DNA of 42,254 nucleotides, taken from assembly GCA_040220235.1 (NCBI GenBank), contig JAVJTO010000028.1; one strand, 5' to 3'. Below the pieces are notes generated by a model that was not told the DNA's origin, ran no database searches, and saw only the letters and a program-made list of their open reading frames with translations. The position numbers were made by a program, and so were the translations under genes. Of the stretch, positions 10,073 through 19,930 are shown piece after piece (positions within the stretch are counted from its first letter, which is position 1; every line of letters starts with the position of its first letter). The DNA comes from Coleofasciculus sp. B1-GNL1-01 (GTDB taxonomy: Bacteria > Cyanobacteriota > Cyanobacteriia > Cyanobacteriales > Coleofasciculaceae).

Positions 10073-10819
10073 ATGGGATTACTGGATCACTTTCATCCAC
10101 CGTTGAGTACTCGTCGTCACTGGCACGCTTTCCATAATGCTTGGGCAACGTATATCGCTTCCGATTTAAACCGTCAATTACCAGAAGGATACTTCGCTGA
10201 ACCCAATGTGCAATTTGGGATTGAAATTGATGTGGCAGCATTTGAAGAGATATCATTACTAACCAGTCGAGTATCCGAGAATGTCGTTCAACTCCCAACC
10301 TCCTCTCAACAGGAATGGATACCTTCGTCACCCACGCAAACTGTTCCATTTTCTCCGACAACTGAGGCGGTGGAGGTGAGTATTTTCAATAGCGAAGCGG
10401 GTCCAACATTAATGGCAGCTATCGAGTTGGTGAGTCCCGGTAATAAAGATAGACCCGCGAATCGTAATACTTTTATCGCTAAGTGTCAAACCTACTTACA
10501 GCAAGGAATAGGATTAGTCATTGTGGATGTGGTGACGGGACGAAATGCGAATTTACATGAGGAATTATTACATCAGTTGGCAGTTAGAATGATGCCTCTA
10601 AATACACAACTCTACGCCGCCGCCTATCGGGTTGTGGAACGTCAGGGACAGCCGAATTTAGACATTTGGCAAGAAGCATTGGCGGTGGCAAGTCCCTTGC
10701 CTATAATGCCGTTGTGGTTGCGCGGTGAACTTTGCTTACCTGTGGATTTGAATGCCACCTACCTGCGGACTTGTCGGGAACAGCGAATTGAGGTTGATAC
10801 AGCTAAAATTGTGGAATAG
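10073..10819 (+). CDS. DUF4058-family protein (PD-(D/E)XK nuclease-like fold)
   Basis: MGLLDHFHPPLS...WHAFHNAWA...LPEGYFAE, AAIELVSPGNKDR, LVIVDVVT, LPIMPLWL. Confidence 0.78.
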   Translation: MGLLDHFHPPLSTRRHWHAFHNAWATYIASDLNRQLPEGYFAEPNVQFGIEIDVAAFEEISLLTSRVSENVVQLPTSSQQEWIPSSPTQTVPFSPTTEAVEVSIFNSEAGPTLMAAIELVSPGNKDRPANRNTFIAKCQTYLQQGIGLVIVDVVTGRNANLHEELLHQLAVRMMPLNTQLYAAAYRVVERQGQPNLDIWQEALAVASPLPIMPLWLRGELCLPVDLNATYLRTCREQRIEVDTAKIVE

Positions 10820-10937
10820 ATTTGACGTTTAAACCGGGCGCACGTCGGTGCGCCCCTACAATTCTAATCCACCAAATAAGGTGTGCCACGCCGCCATCGT
10901 GCGTTAGCGTAGCGTAACGCACCATTTTTTAAGGTTT

Positions 10938-13900
10938 TTACCAAGGACTACCAATTAGAGTAAAACCAGCCCAATAGTAAGGATGAGATAAATCACTTTC
11001 TGGGCTATTTACTAAGCTTTTGGCAACGCTTATATTCCGACTGGTTCCAACCAACTGACTTGATTCGATTCGCACTTGAGAACGCAATAGGGCAAGCTGG
11101 GCTTGTCGCAATGCTTCGGCTTTAATCAATACATTCTCGTTGTTAAGTTGCTGATAAAATTCGGTCATTACCGCTAACGTCCCTAAATCATCAACTTTCC
11201 AGAGGCTGGCTAGGGCTGATTTTACCCCCGCTTGTACAGCTAATCCGGCAAACCCCATTTCGGCTTGTTCATTCCCCACAGCGGTTTCACAAGCACTTAG
11301 GGTTAAGAGTTCTACGGTTGGCGGGGCGTACCATTTCACTTGTCGTAATTCGTTTAATCCGACTCGTTGCTGCCAAAGTTGAATGTAGGGATTATAGTTG
11401 CGATCGCGGGGAAATGAGGCGTGGGTAGACAGATGTACAATATCAAAGGGGGTGTCTCGGCGCTGAGTCTTGAAATTCTCTAAAGTAAATTGGTCATTTA
11501 GCAATAATTTTCCTTGCCCAACTTCCGCTAAAATTGTGGATAATTCAATCGGAACAGCAGGTAATGGAGAAAGGGTGGAATCCGGAAACTCGGCAGCCCC
11601 CATAGCTAAGATAGTTGCGTTGTCTAAACGTTGGTAACGGGTATCAGTTAGACTAACACTGGGGATTAAACCAACGCTATAGGTTTCAATCAGAAATTGC
11701 TGTCCGTCGTGTAAGGCTGCTAGGGGAATTGTGCGTAATCCCGCGTCCATTGAGAAAATGAGTGTATCAATATTGAGGGCATCGAGTTCCGTTGCTAAGG
11801 GTTCGATTAGCCACTGGTAGAGTTGTTGAGAACTGGATAAATACCTGTTACTGGTGTAATCATTGAGGGTGTGATAAAATTTCTTCACTTCCCGCCGTAG
11901 GGTTTGATAATTGGCTTGGGGAACCTGTTTAGAAATAGGAGAACCTTCGGGTGGAACGAGAACCAGTTGTAATCCATCGGGATGAGACAATGCGTAAATT
12001 ACCACAGCCCGTTTTCCGGTTTGGGTTTCCATGGTTTGTAGCCTGTTTTGTAGGGAAGCGGTGGTGACTTTTTTCTGGGTAAGATCTTCGCCTAAATAGG
12101 TTTCAAATTGCGCTTCTAATAATTGGTCAATTACGGTGACAATATCCTCGCCGGGATTAATGGGTAGTTGCTGGGGAGAGTCTTGAACGTAGGGGACATT
12201 GAGTGATAATATTTGTTGATTGGGTATTTTCCAGGTAAAGGTGTAGTTTCCGGTTTCAGCATCTTGATTGATTTGAGGATTGACATCAAGAGTATCGCCG
12301 ACAAGAAAGGCGAGAGATTCTAGGGGATTGGGGTTAGATGGAGTCTCTGGAGTTGATTCAGAATTAGAACTAGAGGGTGATGGAGAACCAGAGGTTAATT
12401 GAGGACTAGGATTGGGTTCGGCTGGAAGGGGATTGGGATCAGGTGGCGGGGGTGAAGCCGGAGAGACTGATATAATCTGAATGCGATCGCGGTCTTGTTT
12501 GTGAGTGTGTAGATAGCTTTGTGTGGGGAGAATCTGGCTTTCGGGATTATCGTTTCCTCGCGTTATCGCGCCTTCAGTACCATTGATATCAGCATTCCCG
12601 ACAATAAATGGGGTAATTCCCTCTCCACCATGGCGAATGAAAATTGATCCGCCGTCAGCCACCCCAGCCGTAGAAATACTTGTCTGATTTCCATTTTGAT
12701 CAAGAAAAGTATCCGTAGCTTGGAAAAATTGTCCCGTACTAATCTCAACCGCGCCGCCATTCCCATTCCCTAAACTTTGGCTATCAATTTGACTCACGCT
12801 AATATTACCCGGTGCTTTAAGAGTAATATTACCACCATTATTCAATGCCGAGGTATTTAGACGCTGGGTAGTGATACTTCGTTGATGACTTGTGAGGCTA
12901 ATCCCACCCGGTGAGGTAATATCTTCTGTCAGAATCCTGTTTAAGGTGGTGATATCGATACCCGATGAATTGGTTGTGGTGATCTCACCTTGAACCTGGA
13001 GGTTATTTAAGGGGGTTAAATGACCCACGCGATCGTTAAATTGCACAACTCCTTGTTCTGAAGTTAGGGTTAAATTATAGCCCCCGTTGACGTTATCGTT
13101 AAAGATAATACCACCAGACTCTGATGTAGTCAACGCGACATTATCCGCTAAGGTGACAGGCGCATTCAAGGTAATATTATTTTGGTTGGTTTGAATATCT
13201 CCGCCAATTGTAATATCAGTCTCTGCACTCAGATCAATTTTGCCACCCCTGTCCATAAACGATAAGGCATTAACTTGACCCATGGTAATATTATCCGCCG
13301 CATCAAGGGTGATATTACCACCTAAACCCTCTCCAGACGCCGTAATTAATGCACCCGTGCTAGTGTTAATATTTGCCTCGGTACTTGTGATACTAATATC
13401 GCCGCTATCACCACTAAAGCCACTTAAAAATACAGTAATCGTTCCCGTATCAATATTACCAGGAGCAAGCAGCGTAATATCACCGCCTTTGATACCGCCT
13501 GGAGCGCTAATAATGCCGCCCGTTGTATCAATAATACCACCACTGGTTAGGGTGATATCTCCAGCATTCATAAACCCATGGGAATTGATTGTTTTACCGC
13601 CAGTAATAATATCACCATTTGGTGCATTAAGTAGAATTGCACCGCCTGATCCTGAGGATGAAGATGAATCCAGAACATGGGTGGGTAACTGAGTTATAGG
13701 CTTTAATAAATCAGCGAGTTCTGGATAATCCTCGATCGGTACTAAATCAACCAAATTGAATAGCTCAGATAAATCAGAATTCAGGGCATTAATAGAACCA
13801 TTAGTAACGGTTAAACTAATTGTTCCACTACCAATTTTACCTGAAGACATCAGGTCGCCTGTTATCAGGTTATTTCGAGCGGTAAGCCTAATGTCATTAC

Positions 13901-16172
13901 CTGTGCCATTGAAAGAAAGTGAAGCAATATTACCAGTATTGATGCTGCCATTGGGGGCATTAATGGTTACTTTACCACTCGTTCCACTGAAAACAGCCGA
14001 GCCAAGGCTACCGCTTGAAATATTCCCTTGCTCACTGGTCAGTGTGACGTTACCCGTATCACTCAATCCGGACAAAGAGGCAATAGTTCCTAAAATTTCA
14101 ATATTACCTGTCGCTTGGACTGTAATCTCCCCCCCATTTCCCACAAGGCTTAATGAAGAGATACTACTATTCTGTTCCGTGCCTGTAATTTTAATATTAC
14201 CCCCATTAGCGGTTAGGTTAATCGTTCCAGCATTACCGACACCTCTGTCAATACTACTATTTACTTCACCCAATACTTCAATATTACCATTATTCGCGGT
14301 AACATTAATATCACCAGCATCTCCGAAAGTGGCAAGAGATTGGGCGGCAATCGCACCTGTATAAATGTTGCCTCTATTAGCCGTGAGGGTAATAGTGCCA
14401 CTATCTCCTACTGTTCCGCTTCCCCAGGATCTAAGAATACCCGTGTTGATGTTACCTCCATCGGTCACAATCGTGATATCACCACCATGGCTAAACAGAG
14501 AAGCGATAACGCCACTGGTATTGATATTGCCTACATCAACGTTGACTCCCGCAATGGTAATTGCTCCTCCTTTTGTCGTGATTTCATCCCCTGAATTCAT
14601 TAAAAAATCACCAACACCATTGCCATCGGCATCAGCTTTAAATGTGATAGTTTGACCATCAAGCGTCTGAAGATTTAAGCTGTTACTAGCTATATCCTCA
14701 ATGGTAATATTGTTTGTTGCTTCTAAGGTGAGGTTACCGGATAAGCTTTCCAGTTTTCCTTTAGAAAGGGTAAAGTTATCGGTGGTTTCGTCTGAAAAGA
14801 GAATTGTATTATCATTCAACTCATTATCATTAGCAGCAGGACTCTCTTGATCGACTATCGTGATATTGACCGGATCAAGTAGTACGTTGCCAGCTTGACC
14901 ATTAGCTGCCATGACATCGACAGTTCCCCGAAAAACTAGATTGTTTTTCCCGGAAACTTCCACAAATCCACCATTTCCGGAATTATTCCCGCCACGAGCG
15001 AGAATAGTGCCGTTAAATGTAGTATTATTGTCTGCCCAAGCAATAACACGCCCGCCATCACCATTCAGGAAACTATCAGCCTGAATAATCGAATCCGAAC
15101 TGATAAATGTGTTTTCAGCATTGGGGATGGAACCTTGACCTTGGTAATCTCCACCAATCCGGACAATACCTCCATTATGATTACCAGAGGCATTAATATC
15201 GGCATCGACGAGTCCCACGTTTTCACCAATAATAGTAATGGATTGATTGGCGGGAATGGCAGAGAAGTTGGCAACATTGAGACTGCCAGAAATAATCGAG
15301 GTTCCGGGTTGATTGGGTAAGGTTATCCCGGAATTAGCTAACTGAACGGTGTTATCCGCAGAAACAGTTAATTGGGTGTCTAATTCAGGTGGTGTACCCG
15401 TGAGGAGTTCAGCTAAATCTAAGGGGGTTACGGGGAGAATATTTCCCTGAGTATCCCGGGGCGGTTCTAGTTCTAAACTGAGGAGGTTTCCCGATTGAGC
15501 AATCTGGACTAAATTAGAGCCAGGTACAGCAACAACGGTAATGGTTCCGCCCGGTGCGCTTAATTCACCTGTATTAACCACTTGACCCGCTAATAGGGTT
15601 AAATTGTGGGGGGCGCTGACGGCTAAGTTACCTGCGTTGATAATACTGCCAGAATTGGAGTGATCAAAGGCAAATTGATTAGGAGTACCGATGAGATTTG
15701 AATAGTTATTGTCGCCAAAAGCATTAAACCAATGGTTCTGGTTAAATCCAATCCCTGTGGCGGTGGTGGCGGTAAAATTGCCGGGGACGTTTAATTGGGC
15801 GTTGGCACCGAAGATAATACCGGATGGGTTGATTAAAAATAAGTTGGCATTACTCCCGGTAACTTGGATTAAGCCGTTAATGATTGAGGGATTATTGCCA
15901 GTAACTCGGCTGAGAATATTCTGAATATTGGGCGAGGAGAGGAAGTTGGCAATTTGCTCAGATTCTAGTCCAAATTGCTGAAAACTGTGGAAAAGATTGG
16001 TATTATCGGGGGATAAAGTGCCGCCCGTGATGTCAACGCGATCGCCTGTGGTATTAACGACGGTTCCGGTATTGTCGTTGGCGGGGATTATGGGTTGGGC
16101 GAGGGTAGGGGGAGAGGGGTTTAGGGTTAAGAGGGCGAGGAGAATTGTTGGGGGGAGAAGATGGGGTTTCAT
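10938..16172 (-). CDS. Large secreted filamentous-haemagglutinin (TPS domain) beta-helix protein with C-terminal CHAT caspase-like protease domain
   Basis: Signal peptide, NLFHSFQQF / NILSRVTG / LFLINPSGIIFG (TPS haemagglutination domain), long G/N/T/I-rich repeats and a Pro/Ser linker. CHAT motifs IPLAALHDG, VHLSTH (His), LSACETAVG (Cys), SLWKVDD, HPYYWAGF. Confidence 0.93.
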   Translation of the reverse strand: MKPHLLPPTILLALLTLNPSPPTLAQPIIPANDNTGTVVNTTGDRVDITGGTLSPDNTNLFHSFQQFGLESEQIANFLSSPNIQNILSRVTGNNPSIINGLIQVTGSNANLFLINPSGIIFGANAQLNVPGNFTATTATGIGFNQNHWFNAFGDNNYSNLIGTPNQFAFDHSNSGSIINAGNLAVSAPHNLTLLAGQVVNTGELSAPGGTITVVAVPGSNLVQIAQSGNLLSLELEPPRDTQGNILPVTPLDLAELLTGTPPELDTQLTVSADNTVQLANSGITLPNQPGTSIISGSLNVANFSAIPANQSITIIGENVGLVDADINASGNHNGGIVRIGGDYQGQGSIPNAENTFISSDSIIQADSFLNGDGGRVIAWADNNTTFNGTILARGGNNSGNGGFVEVSGKNNLVFRGTVDVMAANGQAGNVLLDPVNITIVDQESPAANDNELNDNTILFSDETTDNFTLSKGKLESLSGNLTLEATNNITIEDIASNSLNLQTLDGQTITFKADADGNGVGDFLMNSGDEITTKGGAITIAGVNVDVGNINTSGVIASLFSHGGDITIVTDGGNINTGILRSWGSGTVGDSGTITLTANRGNIYTGAIAAQSLATFGDAGDINVTANNGNIEVLGEVNSSIDRGVGNAGTINLTANGGNIKITGTEQNSSISSLSLVGNGGEITVQATGNIEILGTIASLSGLSDTGNVTLTSEQGNISSGSLGSAVFSGTSGKVTINAPNGSINTGNIASLSFNGTGNDIRLTARNNLITGDLMSSGKIGSGTISLTVTNGSINALNSDLSELFNLVDLVPIEDYPELADLLKPITQLPTHVLDSSSSSGSGGAILLNAPNGDIITGGKTINSHGFMNAGDITLTSGGIIDTTGGIISAPGGIKGGDITLLAPGNIDTGTITVFLSGFSGDSGDISITSTEANINTSTGALITASGEGLGGNITLDAADNITMGQVNALSFMDRGGKIDLSAETDITIGGDIQTNQNNITLNAPVTLADNVALTTSESGGIIFNDNVNGGYNLTLTSEQGVVQFNDRVGHLTPLNNLQVQGEITTTNSSGIDITTLNRILTEDITSPGGISLTSHQRSITTQRLNTSALNNGGNITLKAPGNISVSQIDSQSLGNGNGGAVEISTGQFFQATDTFLDQNGNQTSISTAGVADGGSIFIRHGGEGITPFIVGNADINGTEGAITRGNDNPESQILPTQSYLHTHKQDRDRIQIISVSPASPPPPDPNPLPAEPNPSPQLTSGSPSPSSSNSESTPETPSNPNPLESLAFLVGDTLDVNPQINQDAETGNYTFTWKIPNQQILSLNVPYVQDSPQQLPINPGEDIVTVIDQLLEAQFETYLGEDLTQKKVTTASLQNRLQTMETQTGKRAVVIYALSHPDGLQLVLVPPEGSPISKQVPQANYQTLRREVKKFYHTLNDYTSNRYLSSSQQLYQWLIEPLATELDALNIDTLIFSMDAGLRTIPLAALHDGQQFLIETYSVGLIPSVSLTDTRYQRLDNATILAMGAAEFPDSTLSPLPAVPIELSTILAEVGQGKLLLNDQFTLENFKTQRRDTPFDIVHLSTHASFPRDRNYNPYIQLWQQRVGLNELRQVKWYAPPTVELLTLSACETAVGNEQAEMGFAGLAVQAGVKSALASLWKVDDLGTLAVMTEFYQQLNNENVLIKAEALRQAQLALLRSQVRIESSQLVGTSRNISVAKSLVNSPESDLSHPYYWAGFTLIGSPW

Positions 16173-16206
16173 GACTTTTGATTGAGTGGCTATCGGTTCA
16201 TGTTGA

Positions 16207-16251
16207 TTTAACGCAGAGGTACGCAGAGGTAAGCGCAGAGGGCGCAGAGGG
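16207..16251. repeat. CGCAGAGG tandem repeat element
   Basis: tttaacgcagaggtacgcagaggtaagcgcagagggcgcagaggg; an inverted copy lies at 37779-37823. Confidence 0.75.
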
Positions 16252-16323
16252 TTTGTAGGTGGAGGAGGGTGGGTTTAGTTCAGGGATTGGTTGTTGCGGA
16301 AAGGGTATCGGTAAAATCTGCCC

Positions 16324-17625
16324 CTATCGGTTTAATTGGTGTTCAAGGTTCTGAATCTGTTCGGAATAGCCGAGGGTTTGATATCCTTGGAGGGCGAGGG
16401 TGAACCAGTGCATGGCTTCGTCGTGATTACCAAGTGCGGTTTCAATGCGCCCTAGGTGGTATTGGGCGTGGGTTTTTTCTTCGATGTCGGTGGTGTGGGA
16501 AAGTTCGATCGCTTTTTTGTAGTAAGGTTTAGCTTGGGGGGGAAGGGCGAGGTGATAGAAGTAGCGATCGCCTATTTTGCGATAGATGGCTGCACTTTCT
16601 ACGCCGTCAGCAATCAGGGATTCTAAGGATGCGATCGCTTGAGTATGAAGTTGATGTTTACTATAGAGTGTGGCTAAAGCTAGGGCTTTGGCAGTTTGAT
16701 TCCAGGGTTGCTGGGTAATTTGGGTGGCTTGAGTGCGAATCTGTTGGGCTTGTTGTTCGTCGAGTCGGCTGAAATTTAGTCCGCCAGGTAGGGGGGATTC
16801 ATCCAGTGAGGATTCTCCGGTATCGGCTTCAATAATGAGTAGATAATCACCACCGGGTTGCAGGGGGGGTTCTCCTGGATAGGTGATTTGGGTATCGCTG
16901 ACTTGGGTTGTCCATTCGATTCCATCTCCCTCCAGGGTGACAGTATAGCTGTTGGCGTCAGGTAATCCATTCCAGTGTAAGAGGGGTTTATCGGTGAGAA
17001 TCGCGGTGCGCCGAGGAGTGATAATATAAGGAATCCTATTGTTCCAAGCGATATCGCCACGATGGGGACAGTTATAAGTACCTGGGGTACATTCGGTTTG
17101 TTCAGTAGCGGTGGGACAAGGATTGAGGCGATTGTTTCCAGAGGATAGGGTTTGGCTTGATAAGTCTGCACATTGCAAGATTACTTCGGAGGCGTTGGCG
17201 ATGGATAATTGATCCTCTGGATAAATGTCTGTACCAATTTGCGGTTCAATTCTACGTCCACTACGCTGAATTTGTACATCACCTGTGATCTGAAGAATTT
17301 GTCCGTTAGTAAGGGGTTGAGATGGCAGGTTTAACGCAGAGTGTAGGGGATATCTAGGAACCGACTCAATATTCCCTTGATCCCTTACCAATTTTTCCCT
17401 GTTCGTAGTCGGCACTTTAGTGCCAGAATTACAAACGCCCTGAGGACAAAAGCTAACATTAGCGACAGTCTGGTCAAAAAAAATCCAACGAGATAAAAAT
17501 TTTTGATCCTCTAAATCTTGTCGGCGTTCTACCTGTTTTATGACTCCCTCATTCCCAACACCCAAGGCATTCCCCTCAAGGAGAAGGAAAATCAAACTTA
17601 TCAACGTCACAAGTTTCCAGTACAT
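16324..17625 (-). CDS. Secreted protein with FecR-like beta domain, DUF928/Ig-like middle region and C-terminal TPRs
   Basis: Signal peptide. GQILQITGDVQIQRSG...GTDIYPEDQL...VILQCADLS resembles the FecR-type domain. PYIITPRRT..LTDKPLLHW..YTVTL..YPGEPPLQPG is followed by TPR-like helices. Confidence 0.72.
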   Translation of the reverse strand: MYWKLVTLISLIFLLLEGNALGVGNEGVIKQVERRQDLEDQKFLSRWIFFDQTVANVSFCPQGVCNSGTKVPTTNREKLVRDQGNIESVPRYPLHSALNLPSQPLTNGQILQITGDVQIQRSGRRIEPQIGTDIYPEDQLSIANASEVILQCADLSSQTLSSGNNRLNPCPTATEQTECTPGTYNCPHRGDIAWNNRIPYIITPRRTAILTDKPLLHWNGLPDANSYTVTLEGDGIEWTTQVSDTQITYPGEPPLQPGGDYLLIIEADTGESSLDESPLPGGLNFSRLDEQQAQQIRTQATQITQQPWNQTAKALALATLYSKHQLHTQAIASLESLIADGVESAAIYRKIGDRYFYHLALPPQAKPYYKKAIELSHTTDIEEKTHAQYHLGRIETALGNHDEAMHWFTLALQGYQTLGYSEQIQNLEHQLNR

Positions 17626-17806
17626 GATACATCTACTCCTTTAACCTGGTGTCAATGTTTCAATTGCTCGGATCACCTCCACTACCATTTATACTGCTTT
17701 AAGTCTGTGTAGTTAAAGCCAAGCAACGAATCGTAATATGCTGTAATACACTCTAGTCAAGGTGGTTTCGGGTTGTACTTTAAAATACATCATTACTTAT
17801 TCCTCC

Positions 17807-19594
17807 TTATTGTGCTGACAAATACTCTTGAGCTAAACCCATACACTTATCTTGTTCGGGAACATTATAATTTGAGTATTTCAGTGTATTTTTCCAAGCT
17901 ACTCTTGCCTCTTGCTGGTTGCCTTTGGCTTCTAGGACTTGGGCTAATAAACAATAAGCATGAGGGCTATCCACTGCAAGTGCGATCGCATTCCTTAAAT
18001 CGGCTTCAGCTTCCTCTAATCGCTGTTGTTCCCATCGTATCCAACCGCGATTCTTTAAGCAAGCAGCTCTTACCCCATCATAATCGCTATGTTCTAAACA
18101 CTCCCAGGTTAGTTTCAGTGCAATTTCCAGATCTCCCTGTTGCAAATGCAAGCGAGCCAATTCCGCGTAAGCATCAGGAAGTCCTCGCAGGGCGGCTTGA
18201 TTAAACCGTTGTTTAGCACAGTCTATATCATCAAGACTCTCATCACATAACCAGGCTAAATTATAATAGGGTTGAGGATAATTTAGATTGAGCCAACTAG
18301 CGATATGATAGTAGAATTGCGCCCTTAATAACTGGTTGTTGTCTTGATTTTTTATTCCCCACTTATTCGACAAAACTGCCAGTTGTGAACCGAATGAAAA
18401 GTAACTGCTAATCACTCCCGCTAAAACAATCGCCACCCATTTCGATAAACTTTTCCAGGGAATCTTTGTATCTTCCTCTCCCCCATTAACCAAGGGTTTC
18501 CAACTGGGTGGAATTACAGCCGGATGTTGACAAATGACGGGTAGCCAACTTGCGCCTGGTAATTCATGTTCTAATCCCCGCAGTTGTTCTCTCGCTTGGC
18601 GTACCGATAAATGAAACGGTTCTCCGGTGGCAAAGTTTTTTAAGAAGTATTTCAAAAAGGCTTGTGCCACTGGATCAGCGACAGGTTCGCGCATGACAAT
18701 CATTGGCGGGAGAGGAATCTGATCCGCCGCCAATTCTCGGACTAATCCCAACCCATCACAGGAATTAAAAATGGCTAATTTTAATCCGTTATCAACGGCT
18801 TTTCTCATCGCTTCCTTGACTTCACCCATTCTCAGGCTATTATTCTGTTCATTTTGATTGATGTATAGCCGTCCATGAGTGCTATTATTATCACTTTGGG
18901 AATGTCCAGCAAAGAAAATAATATCCCAGCCAGCTTGCCAAAGTTGTTCAGTCAATTCTTGTCGATCCGGTTCAACCAACCAGGTAATTTTAGCTCCTGA
19001 TAATTGTTTCAGTAATTCCCGATCTTTCTCCAAATTGATCCCGGCGCTGTTGCCTAAAATAGCTAATATTTTGACGTTAGCCTTGCGGCGGTGGGGAATA
19101 ACTGAACTGGCAGGTGGGGGATAATCTGGTGTACTGAACGCTAATTCCCCTAGGCGATACTCGGCAAAAAAGTCCCAAAGATGCCACGGTAATTTCCAGA
19201 CTTCTGGATCATCGCTTTCAATAATGACCCGCACGGGTTCAGCGGGATTTAATTGAGTTCTTAGTTCTGATTCAATTTTGCGAAATCCTTCACTCTTTAA
19301 CCAAGTATTAATTTGAGTTTCTAACTGCTGAGAAATATGATTAAAATCTCCCTCAGAACAATGGGTGATACCTGATTCAACAATATCTATCCCGCCCCGA
19401 TAGCTATGACTTTGATAAAGTGCTGTATAGAGGAGCCGCCAATCTCTGAGGAGTTGCGGAATATCGGGGGCTGGTGGCAAACTTCCTGTGAATTGCATAT
19501 AAAGATTCCCCACTTCTCCCAACCCTGCTGTCACCGAACTAAATCCAGAGCTGAAGTTACCTGAGCCGAGATTTAAAACAACGATTTTACTCAT
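17807..19594 (-). CDS. Membrane-anchored CHAT (caspase-like) protease with C-terminal TPR domain
   Basis: LPWHLWDFF, IIFFAGHS (His), LAIFNSCDGLG (Cys), MIVMREPV, ASWLPV. TM segment WVAIVLAGVISSYFSFG, then Cys-rich TPRs. ATG 19594 has an AAGGAG RBS; the track's TTG 19720 start lies in a MITE relic. Confidence 0.88.
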   Translation of the reverse strand: MSKIVVLNLGSGNFSSGFSSVTAGLGEVGNLYMQFTGSLPPAPDIPQLLRDWRLLYTALYQSHSYRGGIDIVESGITHCSEGDFNHISQQLETQINTWLKSEGFRKIESELRTQLNPAEPVRVIIESDDPEVWKLPWHLWDFFAEYRLGELAFSTPDYPPPASSVIPHRRKANVKILAILGNSAGINLEKDRELLKQLSGAKITWLVEPDRQELTEQLWQAGWDIIFFAGHSQSDNNSTHGRLYINQNEQNNSLRMGEVKEAMRKAVDNGLKLAIFNSCDGLGLVRELAADQIPLPPMIVMREPVADPVAQAFLKYFLKNFATGEPFHLSVRQAREQLRGLEHELPGASWLPVICQHPAVIPPSWKPLVNGGEEDTKIPWKSLSKWVAIVLAGVISSYFSFGSQLAVLSNKWGIKNQDNNQLLRAQFYYHIASWLNLNYPQPYYNLAWLCDESLDDIDCAKQRFNQAALRGLPDAYAELARLHLQQGDLEIALKLTWECLEHSDYDGVRAACLKNRGWIRWEQQRLEEAEADLRNAIALAVDSPHAYCLLAQVLEAKGNQQEARVAWKNTLKYSNYNVPEQDKCMGLAQEYLSAQ

Positions 19595-19616
19595 AGCAAC
19601 TCCTTTGATGAATGGG

Positions 19617-19728
19617 TTAGGGAACAGGTAGGGAGCGTCATTCGTAATTTGTCCTTTGTTCTTTGTAAGAGGTTGATGTTCTTTGACAAAACTTAATCCA
19701 GTTAAGTTTCTTTTCCTCAACCTACTTA
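19617..19728. mobile_element. Degenerate MITE family A relic
   Basis: ttagggaacagg...acttaatccagttaagtttcttttcctcaacctactta matches one end of the 4102-4218 element. Confidence 0.6.
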
Positions 19729-19930
19729 GTTGACCGATCCATTAATTATTTCACCCAAATTATACTATAACTTTGATGAATAGGATTAAAAATGTAATCC
19801 GTAGGGTCGTTAGCAAAGCGTAACGCACCATTGTTTAAGTCGGTTCGCAAAAATCAAATCAACGACATTAAATTTCGTCAACACACCTCAACCCTTTACC
19901 AATGACCAAAGACCAATGACAAAGGACAAA

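Noticed and set aside
13282..15924. Plus-strand ORFs inside the haemagglutinin gene (e.g. 13282-13692, 13756-14364)
   Set aside because: Antisense shadows of low-complexity G/N/I/T repeats with no independent motifs.
19595..19720. 42-aa N-terminal extension of the CHAT-TPR protein
   Set aside because: It derives from a MITE relic and repeat DNA; a good RBS precedes ATG 19594.
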